Virus record (IMG/VR): IMGVR_UViG_3300044795_000021
Span: 1-49,720 of that record
Reading direction: 5' to 3' (one strand)
Length of the DNA stretch: 49,720 nt
From: a virus
Lineage: Duplodnaviria; Caudoviricetes
The translations under genes and the position numbers were made by a program. Of this stretch, positions 9,636 through 18,643 are shown in pieces (within the stretch, counting starts at the first letter, position 1; each line of letters opens with the position of its first letter). The notes below the pieces were generated by a model that was not told where the DNA came from, did no database searches, and saw only the letters and a program-made list of their open reading frames with translations.

Positions 9636-12422
9636 ATGGAAGCTAATCGAGTTCGTACCTTCGGTCAGCCCTTTAGGCCGATGGACTTCGTGCCGAGAGC
9701 GCCGCCGGCGATCCCGGCGTGGTGGCTGAACAGCCTCGACGTGCTGGAATTCGACGTGTTCCAAGGGGCGCAGACCGTGCAGGAGGTTCTCGATGCGCTG
9801 GGATTGAGTGGAGGGGGGATAGGTGCTTGGCCTCCGGTACCGCCGGTGTATGTGACAGGGCCTTGGTTCTTCAATGGGCAGACGGATGAAACGGCAGTTG
9901 TGATCGTGCCGGCGGTTGCATCTTCCGGCGCTCCGAGGAACGTAGTTGGTCTAGGAGTTGAGCTTGGTGCTCAGACTGTTCCTAACCAGTGGGCTGAGCA
10001 GATATGGGGAATGGGTGCAGCGCCGGGTTGCAGCAACGGGCTTGGGATTAGCGCCGGCACGAATGCCTCCGATTGGGCGCTGCTCATCCAGAACGCTGCT
10101 CAGACGTCTAACTTCTTCGGTATTCGGGGGGATGGCAGTGGGTTTCTGGGAGTGCCGCCGAACCAGATTCTGTGGAATTCAGCCGGGAGTTGGGTACTGC
10201 CGGCGAACTGGCCGGGAGGCGGGGGTGGGGTGATCTCCACTGTAACCGCTCCGTTCAGCGTCCAGGCCCAGGTTACCAATCCAGAGGGCATATCTTCTGT
10301 ACAGACTGTACTCTCCGTTGCCAACCCCTATTCGCCAACGGTCGGCATCAACATGATTGCGCCAGTGTCGATCTCTCCAGGAAACGATTGGTCGAGCGGA
10401 GTCATTCTGCGGCTGTCGGGGCAGGTCGGATACGACTGCGCATCGGTGTATGCGGCCTCGCAGACTGCAATCAGCACAGTTCCGCCGGGTCCGAACGATG
10501 CAAATTACTGGGCCTTGCGGGTTGCTGAGAATCCGGCAGGGTCAGCACCTGGAGCTTCTAACGGATTGAAGGTCTCCGTCGGGGCGGTTGCCGGCGACAC
10601 GCCCTTCATGGTTTGTAAGGGGATCGCCTATGGTGCGCTCCGAGGGAGCGAGCCACCGGGATCTATTGCTATCCTAGTGGATGGTAATATGGGAGGGACC
10701 ATAGGTCCACAGATGACCAGCCCCACCGGCGTCTCCTTCAGTTGGGACACCGCTGGCCACTTCTACGTCGGGTCGGCGCTGCTGCCAGGGTCGGCCTCGC
10801 CTCGCTCCACGATGGGCCACGGGAGCGCGGAGGTGGTCCCGTTCACAACTACGCAGACCGTCAAGACGATCTCGCACACTATGACTGGACCGGGTTGGCT
10901 GCTGGATCTTGGCGGCTTGAGCACTGGGCTGGACGTTCCGCAGACGACAGACTTCAGCAACGGCCTGTGCATCAACATGGGGACTAGCGAGCTAGATGCG
11001 CCGATCTCTGTGATGAACTCGGGGGGCACGGCGGAGTTCTTTCGGATTCGGGGAGATGGCACAGGATGGCTTGGGCCGTCTGCCGGCAACTGCTTGACGT
11101 GGGATGCCAGCGGGTCGTTCTCGGTGCTGGGGAATGCGGTGATGCCGGCGGCTAGGGCGTTGACAAGCGTTACAACTCCTGACAATCCGTTCCCTGGCCA
11201 GATGTGGTTCCGCACATCTGACGGCTCGCTCGCTGTCTGGTACGATCAGCCTGGCTGGGGCCACTGGGTGAGTGTGACCGGCGTAAGGACGCTGGTGGAT
11301 CTGGAGGATGTGAATGTTGTGAGTCCGGCGGTGGGTGAGGTTCTGACGTGGAATGGAGCGAGATGGGCTAACGCGCCGGCGGGAGGGGGCGGAGCCGGCG
11401 TTACGACTCTGGTAGCGCTCACAGATGTTGGACCTATGACGCCGGCGACCGGCGATATATTTGGCTGGAATGGCGCCCGCTGGATCAATGTGCCTGCTCC
11501 TGTCAACCTGCTGCCGCTCAACAATACTTGGAGCGGCACTAACATCTTCAACAACGCCGCGACTTTTAGCGGCACTACTGGCTTCAGTTCTGGCGCTAGC
11601 GTCTATTTTTGGGGTGAGGTGCGCGTCGAGCGAGCTGGCGCGCTGTCGAGCCTCACCATCCATACCGACGGCAGCGGCTCAATCGGTCCCGCTCCCAACA
11701 TGCTGTCGTGGGACACTGCTGGAGTCTTCACGCTGAATGGTACGGCGACGCTGCCTGGAGGTGGCGGTGTGACGGCGCTTACGGGACTCACCGACGTAGG
11801 TCCGATGACGCCGACGGCGGGGCAGTTCTTGTCGTGGAACGGTACGCGCTGGCTCAACGTAGCCGCTCCTGGCGGTGTGAGTCTTGCCGCTAACAATAAC
11901 TGGACGGGACAACAGACTTTCAGCGGGAATACGGTCTTTGGCCTCGGCAGCACAGCTACATTCAACGCAGCAACATACTTCAACATAGCTGCGCAGTTCG
12001 CGGCGGGTCTGATTGCTACTGGTGTAGTGACGGCCGGCTTAATCATTACGCCCGGAACTACCGTCTACGCGCCCGGCACCGGCGAATACGTCTGTGATGT
12101 CGCTACCGGCATGGACTTCGATGTGAATCTGATATTCGCCGAGAACGATGGCATGCCTTCCGTCACGATAGATGTGAGAAATGCTGGCCATCGCACCTGC
12201 CGGGTGAATCTGAATATCCAGAACGGGCCAGCGGGTTCAGTGTCTATGATCAGCATCTTTGCGAACGGTGCTCTGTCCATCATGTGGGCGAACGCTACGC
12301 CGCCTATGATCAGCACGACCCCCAACGAATTTACCTGGGTGGAGATTTTCTTCAGTCAGGCGATCAATCAGGCGACTTTCTTGCCCGCCGCACTCGGCAC
12401 TTTCCAGAGCAATTTCTCTTAG
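9636..12422 (+). CDS. Tail fibre / receptor-binding protein 1
   Basis: 928 aa, Gly/Thr/Trp-rich; repeated SNGL.I..GT...RGDG.G modules; three LTDV...WNG.RW.N repeats. Confidence 0.75.
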   Translation: MEANRVRTFGQPFRPMDFVPRAPPAIPAWWLNSLDVLEFDVFQGAQTVQEVLDALGLSGGGIGAWPPVPPVYVTGPWFFNGQTDETAVVIVPAVASSGAPRNVVGLGVELGAQTVPNQWAEQIWGMGAAPGCSNGLGISAGTNASDWALLIQNAAQTSNFFGIRGDGSGFLGVPPNQILWNSAGSWVLPANWPGGGGGVISTVTAPFSVQAQVTNPEGISSVQTVLSVANPYSPTVGINMIAPVSISPGNDWSSGVILRLSGQVGYDCASVYAASQTAISTVPPGPNDANYWALRVAENPAGSAPGASNGLKVSVGAVAGDTPFMVCKGIAYGALRGSEPPGSIAILVDGNMGGTIGPQMTSPTGVSFSWDTAGHFYVGSALLPGSASPRSTMGHGSAEVVPFTTTQTVKTISHTMTGPGWLLDLGGLSTGLDVPQTTDFSNGLCINMGTSELDAPISVMNSGGTAEFFRIRGDGTGWLGPSAGNCLTWDASGSFSVLGNAVMPAARALTSVTTPDNPFPGQMWFRTSDGSLAVWYDQPGWGHWVSVTGVRTLVDLEDVNVVSPAVGEVLTWNGARWANAPAGGGGAGVTTLVALTDVGPMTPATGDIFGWNGARWINVPAPVNLLPLNNTWSGTNIFNNAATFSGTTGFSSGASVYFWGEVRVERAGALSSLTIHTDGSGSIGPAPNMLSWDTAGVFTLNGTATLPGGGGVTALTGLTDVGPMTPTAGQFLSWNGTRWLNVAAPGGVSLAANNNWTGQQTFSGNTVFGLGSTATFNAATYFNIAAQFAAGLIATGVVTAGLIITPGTTVYAPGTGEYVCDVATGMDFDVNLIFAENDGMPSVTIDVRNAGHRTCRVNLNIQNGPAGSVSMISIFANGALSIMWANATPPMISTTPNEFTWVEIFFSQAINQATFLPAALGTFQSNFS

Positions 12423-12433
12423 GAGGAGCGCGT

Positions 12434-14281
12434 ATGGCTTTGCAATTTCCTCCCAATCCAAGCACCGGCGATACGTTTGACGGCTGGACCTTCGATGGTA
12501 CTATGTGGAAGCGTGGCATAGTAGGTCTTGCCGGCATCCCGCCGGTGGGTCCGCTCAACTGGATAGTAAACGATGGCAGTGGGACGCTTGGGAGCATCCT
12601 CACGCCGGCGCTGCAATGGGAAGCGGATGGTTCAGGTCTGTTGGGACAGGCGGGAGTCGGGCTAGGATGGGACCCGCAGGGCAGTATAGAGATCCACGGC
12701 GCGACAGGTGCGACGCCACTTACTGTGTGGGCCGACACCTTGAAGGTGCTGAATCTTGCCGCTGATGGTTCAGGCTCGATAGGCCCTATCGTGTGGGACG
12801 CAGCTGGAGCAGTGAATATCCCTCCCACCGGCGGCCCACTGCCCGGCGGCTTAGTGAATGCTCCCTTCATAGTTAATCGTACGGGCGGCACTGCAATGTC
12901 GCTCGCCGGCGATGGTTCAGGCTCGATCGGAAACCTGAGCTGGAACACCGACGGTAACTTCGTTATTTCGTCCGCAGGTAATACCAACCCGGCGCTCTCA
13001 ATTACCTCATCGACTGCGCTCAGTGTCACGGGTGGAGGGGGTGGAACGCCCTCTTTCACCGCCAACGCCTGGGGTTACTTCCGGCAGATGGGTGCCAATC
13101 AGGCGATGCTCGAGCTGCAAAACTCTGCCGGCACGGCTCTTTGCTCCTTCCGCACCAATGGTGGCAATGTCTCCGCTATGAGCTGGAATGCGAGCGGCAG
13201 CTTCTACATTGGCCCGCCTACTGCCAGTGTGCCCTCTCTCACCGTGCGCGGCATCCCCAATCCCAATCCCACCAACTTCATTGTCGGCACCGTCGCACAC
13301 ACGCTGCCGAATCAGTGGCTGGCACAGATCGGCAACGGTGGACCGACCGCAGGACTTGTCGCGGGCTGCTCCAATGGCATGTGGATCTCCGCCGGCACGA
13401 ATGCCACCGACATGGCGCTGCAGGTCCGTAATGATGCCGACACAGTGGATCTACTCGCACTGCGTGGTGATGGTTCGGGAGTGGTGGGACCGGCAGCCGG
13501 CTCGCAGTTCCGTTGGACCTCTACAGGCCAGTTCACCTGTTACAGCAACAATAACTCCGGCCCCGTGCTCACAGTGCAGGAGGCTTCCGGCAATATGGCC
13601 TTCGAGACCATGCGGATACTGCGGCTCGGTGGGGCTAACTGGCGTGCGCTAACTCTGAACGGCGGCGTTGACATCTCCGCTCCCTATACCTGGACCGGCA
13701 CTAATCCGCTGCTGCGCATCTTCACCGAGGACGACGCCAGCCCGCCTGTCACCTACAACCTGTTCATGGTAACGCGCAGCGGTGCTTGCCAGATCAATGC
13801 GCCAAGCGGCAATGTGCTGTCTGTTACAGCCACCAACAACGGTATGCCGCTGCGATTGCAGTGCGGTCCTAGCTCAGCTGACCTTGCCACCGGCTACAAC
13901 GGTGCGGGACAGCTCATTTGGCGGATCTCAGGCGGAGGGACCATGCAGCTTCCGTTGATCGGGACCACTGCCAATGCTGCTAATATGTACATAGATGTGG
14001 CTGCAGGAATCAAAGCCATTTATCAGTCCACTTCCTCGCGCCGCTACAAGAGGGATATTAGACAACTGACCCGCGAGGAAGCTCTCGCCATCAAGGCGCG
14101 TCTCTCGCCGGCGGTGTTCAAGTCCATGTGCGAGGCTGATGATCCGAGCAGGGAACGCATCAGCTTCATCGCCGAAGATGCTGCAGCGGCGGCGCCTGAA
14201 CTCGCCACCTACGATGCCGAGGGCAGGCCGCAGGGAATCGACATGAACGCACTGGTCGCTGTGCTGTGGGCAGCTACCTGA
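12434..14281 (+). CDS. Tail fibre/spike 2 with C-terminal intramolecular chaperone (peptidase S74-like)
   Basis: AGGAGGAG RBS before ATG 12434; MALQFPPNPSTGD N-terminus; STSSRRYKRDI...FIAED...PEL chaperone motif. Confidence 0.82.
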   Translation: MALQFPPNPSTGDTFDGWTFDGTMWKRGIVGLAGIPPVGPLNWIVNDGSGTLGSILTPALQWEADGSGLLGQAGVGLGWDPQGSIEIHGATGATPLTVWADTLKVLNLAADGSGSIGPIVWDAAGAVNIPPTGGPLPGGLVNAPFIVNRTGGTAMSLAGDGSGSIGNLSWNTDGNFVISSAGNTNPALSITSSTALSVTGGGGGTPSFTANAWGYFRQMGANQAMLELQNSAGTALCSFRTNGGNVSAMSWNASGSFYIGPPTASVPSLTVRGIPNPNPTNFIVGTVAHTLPNQWLAQIGNGGPTAGLVAGCSNGMWISAGTNATDMALQVRNDADTVDLLALRGDGSGVVGPAAGSQFRWTSTGQFTCYSNNNSGPVLTVQEASGNMAFETMRILRLGGANWRALTLNGGVDISAPYTWTGTNPLLRIFTEDDASPPVTYNLFMVTRSGACQINAPSGNVLSVTATNNGMPLRLQCGPSSADLATGYNGAGQLIWRISGGGTMQLPLIGTTANAANMYIDVAAGIKAIYQSTSSRRYKRDIRQLTREEALAIKARLSPAVFKSMCEADDPSRERISFIAEDAAAAAPELATYDAEGRPQGIDMNALVAVLWAAT

Positions 14282-14291
14282 AGGAGAGTAT

Positions 14292-14471
14292 ATGGCTAAG
14301 CTGAAAGTTGAGTTGGAGCAGATGGATTGGCAGGTGCTCTTGATGCTCGCCGGACAGGGGTATCAGGAGGTCGTACAGAGGGTAGCGAATCAGCTGAACG
14401 CCGCAGCGCCGGCGGCGAACGGGCAGGACAGATCGGAGGAGCCGCCGGCAAGAGAGGCAAGCCGTGCGTAG
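14292..14471 (+). CDS. Small hypothetical protein (59 aa), possible fibre assembly helper
   Basis: AAGGAG RBS; MAKLKVELEQMDWQVLL...; read by hand, below the ORF-track cutoff. Confidence 0.6.
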   Translation: MAKLKVELEQMDWQVLLMLAGQGYQEVVQRVANQLNAAAPAANGQDRSEEPPAREASRA

Positions 14472-14679
14472 ATTTGCAATCCTGGCACTGGTGTTGGTTC
14501 TGGCTGGCTGTGAGGACTGGGCTGGCCATAAGGAACCGGCAGCTCGATCTCTGGTAGAGGCATGTCTGAGGGAGGCGAATATTCAGGGAGAACAAGCGGG
14601 ACGCTTAGGAGTGGCCTGCGCGGCTCTGAATACTTGGGTGAATCAACAAGGGTGGGCTGGACAGCCCGCGAACAGATAA
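14464..14679 (+). CDS. Small lipoprotein
   Basis: MRRFAILALVLVLAG-C: basic N-terminus, hydrophobic core, LAGC lipobox. Confidence 0.7.
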   Translation: MRRFAILALVLVLAGCEDWAGHKEPAARSLVEACLREANIQGEQAGRLGVACAALNTWVNQQGWAGQPANR

Positions 14680-14690
14680 CGGAGGCTATT

Positions 14691-14810
14691 ATGGCAAGAC
14701 GTAGTAAAGGCCACGAACCACCGCCAGGCTTTGTGACGGTTCCGGCTTCAGGTAGGGCGGCTCGGGCGCGGAAGGGGAAGCGCGGAGGCGGGCGCCGCGG
14801 CAAGAAATAA
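14691..14810 (+). CDS. Small basic (Arg/Lys/Gly-rich) peptide
   Basis: GGAGG RBS; MARRSKGHEPPPGF...RKGKRGGGRRGKK. Confidence 0.6.
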   Translation: MARRSKGHEPPPGFVTVPASGRAARARKGKRGGGRRGKK

Positions 14811-14820
14811 CATGATCCTA

Positions 14821-14835
14821 TTATATGGTATATAA
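14821..14835. promoter_or_regulatory. Operator-like palindrome TTATA-N5-TATAA (copy 1)
   Basis: TTATAtggtaTATAA between convergent genes; one of five copies. Confidence 0.6.
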
Positions 14836-14846
14836 CGCGGTACATA

Positions 14847-16040
14847 TTACTTGATCGCCACTAGGTCGAACCCGCCCTGCGGGGAGTTGACCATCTGGAT
14901 GTATCCAGCCTTGATGGCGCCGGCGAGTATGTCCTCGAAGCTCTTGGCGGACGGGAAGGCAGAATGGATAAACTGGTAGGCCGCCCCATAGCTGACCCGC
15001 CCGCGCTTCTGTACAAAGCGGATGAATCTCTCGCTCTGCACGGACTGCTGGGTTCGCCCGATCCGGGCGAATACCTTTACCATGTCTCGCTCCAGTTCGG
15101 AGACAGCGAGGTTCGCCGCTTCGAGATCCTGTCTGGAGATGACCAAGTTGTCGTGAGTTGCGGCAGCTATGCACATGGCGGTCTTATGTATATGGGTCTG
15201 CTTGCGTGCGAGGTAGCCGGAGAACCGATCGTCATCCAGCTCGTCTGGTTTGTTCTTCCAATGAAGCTGGTACCACTCCTCTCCGTATGCGACCCCATCT
15301 TGGGTTATAGCGTAAGGGCCGATTAGTTGAGTGGCGATCCGTTCGAGATCCTGAATGAGAGCGATCTGAATCTCGGCCATTTCCTTCGGCATGTGGAGGG
15401 ATGGATAGGCTACGAACTTCTCCTTCTCGTCGGCGTAGACGAACAGGCAGCGGGACGTAAATCCGCCTCCGATCACATACTCGGGGAAGTTGCCGGCGAT
15501 CCAAGCGGGAGTGGTGCAGGCGATCAGGTTAATGTAAGGGTTCTCTACACTGTTGCAGCCGGACCCCTTTGTAACCTTCTGGAATACGCCGACCTTTGAG
15601 TCCCAGAGGGACACGAGGAAGTCGATCTGCTCCCGGTTACTGGGATCGACGAGATTCCCGAACTCGCTTGATTCGATGGTGATGGCAGACTGGATATGAT
15701 AGGCGCCATTGAGCTGGAAGGTTTCGGTGGAGTTCTCGAATGATTCTACGAGCGCCTGCCAAGTTACAGCTTCCGGCCCGAAGGTAATACCGGGGATCTT
15801 GCGGAGCAAGGACATGGCGATGTTCGCAGTGGTGGATTTGGAGACCACGCCGGGCGGCGCTACGAGAACGATGTAGAAGTTTGGATGCCATTTGAAGTAT
15901 CCTTGGTCGATCCAGACGTGCCGGCGGAGCGCACCCGCAAGAGCGCTGACCCCGCTCCAATAGTGCATCCGGCGGGGGGCTTCGGAAAAGCTGGCGTATT
16001 GAACGTAGGCGTCCAGCCAATTCTCGAAATTGCGAGTCAC
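14847..16040 (-). CDS. DUF3987/YfjI-like P-loop NTPase (putative replicative helicase)
   Basis: YIVLVAPPGVVSKST Walker A-like; SSEFG; NLIACTTP; GGFTSR arginine finger. Adjacent to the DNA polymerase. Confidence 0.7.
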   Translation of the reverse strand: MTRNFENWLDAYVQYASFSEAPRRMHYWSGVSALAGALRRHVWIDQGYFKWHPNFYIVLVAPPGVVSKSTTANIAMSLLRKIPGITFGPEAVTWQALVESFENSTETFQLNGAYHIQSAITIESSEFGNLVDPSNREQIDFLVSLWDSKVGVFQKVTKGSGCNSVENPYINLIACTTPAWIAGNFPEYVIGGGFTSRCLFVYADEKEKFVAYPSLHMPKEMAEIQIALIQDLERIATQLIGPYAITQDGVAYGEEWYQLHWKNKPDELDDDRFSGYLARKQTHIHKTAMCIAAATHDNLVISRQDLEAANLAVSELERDMVKVFARIGRTQQSVQSERFIRFVQKRGRVSYGAAYQFIHSAFPSAKSFEDILAGAIKAGYIQMVNSPQGGFDLVAIK

Positions 16041-18601
16041 TGACAGTGTCCCCAGCTCACCTCACTCGTCTTGATGGAAACGGGGATCGTCAACGGATCA
16101 GGATACGGAACCGTCACTTTAGCACAACGGCGCAATTCTGTCAAGCACTCTTCACGCCGGCTCGTCTGGAATTGGCCAGGGAGTGAGTCGTGGACCTGCG
16201 CTAGGACTTGGACCGCCGGCGCTTCGCGGTAGAGCCGCTCCCAGATCCTGTTGATGACGATGGAGACTGTTGATTGGGGTATCCATGCGAGGGCCTCTGG
16301 AATGATAGACTCAACTCTATCAAATATGTACCAGCGATACCCGAAGTGATTCTCAATATAGCGTCGTTTAATGACTTGGTTATGAACAGCTTGGTGCCAT
16401 CGGAGGATACCCGGATGCGCCCCGAACCATAGTCTCTGAGCGCGTTCAACTTCAATAATAGTTCGTCCTGTATGCGCTGCCATAGTTGGGGGCTTACCTC
16501 CATAGTTGGTTCCATGGCAGAAGACTTTAGCGAACTCTCTGAGGTGTTTTCTGGGGCCACGATGATCTCCGTACTTGGGGTGGGATTCTACAAGCTCTTC
16601 CAGTGGGGGAGGCTCGCGCCCGTCGAGCACGAAGGAGTTGAGCAGATGTATGTCTGCACCCATTCGCATAGCGGCCTTGAGCATGGCATCGTCAGCCTCC
16701 CAACAAACGACAAAGAGATCGGCCCGCTCCAGGTCCAGATCAAACCATGTATAGCCAGGGTCGGGGACGAAAATCTCCCGGATGTTCGGGAATTGATACG
16801 GATCTGAAGTCCCATCGAAGGCGCCTCTAGCAGCAGCCTTTCCAATGCTCTTCGATTTCTCGCTCGGGATATTCTGGAGATTAGTTCCAGAGCCGAAAGC
16901 GTTCTCGCTGGAGGACAGGCGGTATGTTTTCGGAGCGGACTTTCCACCGGCGCTCCCTCCTATATTAAAAGCACAGCGCATACGCCCATCAGTATCCAGA
17001 GGACGAAGGAGAAAATTAGAAAGAAACTTGCTGAGGGTCCGAATATCACGAATAGAATTAACGAGAGGACGGAGTAGAGGCTCAAGACGAGAAAGCTTGT
17101 CAAGAGCTTCATCCTCAAGTGTGGGTCTTTGAGGTTCACCGGGCTTCCCCCTTTTCCACTGGACGGGCATGTTGAGTTTGGAGTAGAACAGGTCATGCAT
17201 CTGCTTCGGGCTGTCCACGTTGAAGGAGAAGCCGAGATCGGAGTAGCGGAGGATGAAGTCGATGAAGTTCTGCCGGCGCTGGATCTCCACCTGAACCTCA
17301 AGGATCAGCTCGTCCCGCCGCCTCCGGTCGATGCGGATGCCGCGCTGCATGGCTTGTAGAACGGGCCAGAACATCGCCTGTTGGAAGTCGTGGACGGGCT
17401 GGAGGCCGAGTTGGCGGACTGTCTCCAATTCCACCCGCCCGACCTCTTCCGTATAGACGCAGTCGAGACAGTTGTAGTGCCAGAGCTGATCCTCTCGCAT
17501 GTCCTTCTCCCAATCCTTCCCTTCGTCCTTCCAGAACACGTAGTAGTTGGCGTACATGCTCGCCTGGAAGGCGAGGGACTTAGGCATGTCGGAGAAGATG
17601 GAGTGCTGGGAGATCATCGTGTCCTGGTCTACCTTCGGGACAAAGTGCCACCAACGCCAGGTGTACTGCGAATCGTAGAGGATGTTCTGCCCGACTACCC
17701 GGACGTTGGGGTGGGTGAGGAGACGAGAGAGTTGCTGAACGATTCCAGACTCTTGCTCCAGATCCCAATAACCCTCCCTCCGTTCGAGGCACATGAAAGG
17801 GATGCAGAGCGCATCTGTAGGCGACCAGCTGATTCCGGCGCAAGCAATATGTCCTGCGCGAGTCTCAATATCAAAGGAGACGCGAAGGGGCTCAGAGCGA
17901 ACGGAGGCCCGTCCGATAAGACTTCGGAGAACATCCTCAACCTGACTGTAGCTAGGTCGAAGGATGAAGCGGTAGTCGGGCGTCGGATAAGCAGCTCCAT
18001 TTCTAAAGCGTGCCGCTCGACGGAGATCGTTGACCGCAATAGCTCGCCAGTCCCACTGTCTAAGGATGGCAGCGGGATGGTATGTAGGAATGACTTTGGT
18101 GGGGGGCTGGCCGGAGTCGAGGTCGGTCCAGAGCATGGAGCCTCGCCACTTGGTGATTCCCCAGCGGCCAGTGAGCGCCCAAGTGCTCGGGCCGCCCACT
18201 GTGATAATGATCTCAGGGTGGACAAGAGAGATCTCCTTCTTGAGTTCTTCGAAGCCTTCGGCAACTCGGGGGTCAACAAGCATGTCGCGGAGACAGACGA
18301 ACGTCTTCGGTTCTATGCCGGCGGCCCGGCGAGCCTCATCTTCCTTGCTCGGCTTCTTAGGGAACCTAGGGGACTTTCGGAGCCAGAAATCGAACTTGTT
18401 TCGGGGCGGACGGTACTTGCAGAGGTTGGTGAGGAAGCACTGCGAGCGGAGCAGCCCGGCTTCGTTGAGCATCCGGTTCAGCTCCATGCCAGAGGCTCCC
18501 ACGAAGGGAGCCAGCTGGCGCTCCTCCATCTCTCCGGGCGCTTCCCCAACCACCATTACCTTGGCGTTTGGAGGCCCGGAGGATGGGACCTTGATCGCCA
18601 T
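16037..18601 (-). CDS. polA: Family A DNA polymerase with N-terminal uracil-DNA glycosylase-like domain and 3'-5' exonuclease
   Basis: UDG family-4-like VGEAPG..PFVG.SG and TYHPAAILR; exonuclease FDIET, GQNILYD, YNCLD; polymerase RLSSS..NLQNIP, AKVFCHGTNYG, QVHDS. Confidence 0.93.
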   Translation of the reverse strand: MAIKVPSSGPPNAKVMVVGEAPGEMEERQLAPFVGASGMELNRMLNEAGLLRSQCFLTNLCKYRPPRNKFDFWLRKSPRFPKKPSKEDEARRAAGIEPKTFVCLRDMLVDPRVAEGFEELKKEISLVHPEIIITVGGPSTWALTGRWGITKWRGSMLWTDLDSGQPPTKVIPTYHPAAILRQWDWRAIAVNDLRRAARFRNGAAYPTPDYRFILRPSYSQVEDVLRSLIGRASVRSEPLRVSFDIETRAGHIACAGISWSPTDALCIPFMCLERREGYWDLEQESGIVQQLSRLLTHPNVRVVGQNILYDSQYTWRWWHFVPKVDQDTMISQHSIFSDMPKSLAFQASMYANYYVFWKDEGKDWEKDMREDQLWHYNCLDCVYTEEVGRVELETVRQLGLQPVHDFQQAMFWPVLQAMQRGIRIDRRRRDELILEVQVEIQRRQNFIDFILRYSDLGFSFNVDSPKQMHDLFYSKLNMPVQWKRGKPGEPQRPTLEDEALDKLSRLEPLLRPLVNSIRDIRTLSKFLSNFLLRPLDTDGRMRCAFNIGGSAGGKSAPKTYRLSSSENAFGSGTNLQNIPSEKSKSIGKAAARGAFDGTSDPYQFPNIREIFVPDPGYTWFDLDLERADLFVVCWEADDAMLKAAMRMGADIHLLNSFVLDGREPPPLEELVESHPKYGDHRGPRKHLREFAKVFCHGTNYGGKPPTMAAHTGRTIIEVERAQRLWFGAHPGILRWHQAVHNQVIKRRYIENHFGYRWYIFDRVESIIPEALAWIPQSTVSIVINRIWERLYREAPAVQVLAQVHDSLPGQFQTSRREECLTELRRCAKVTVPYPDPLTIPVSIKTSEVSWGHCQ

Positions 18602-18643
18602 CAGCGCTCCTCGTAGTTGTCCGGGTACTCGCCGGCGATAGTG

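Noticed and set aside
9636-14281. Diversity-generating retroelement acting on the tail fibres
   Set aside because: No reverse transcriptase and no TR/VR pair differing at adenines was seen.
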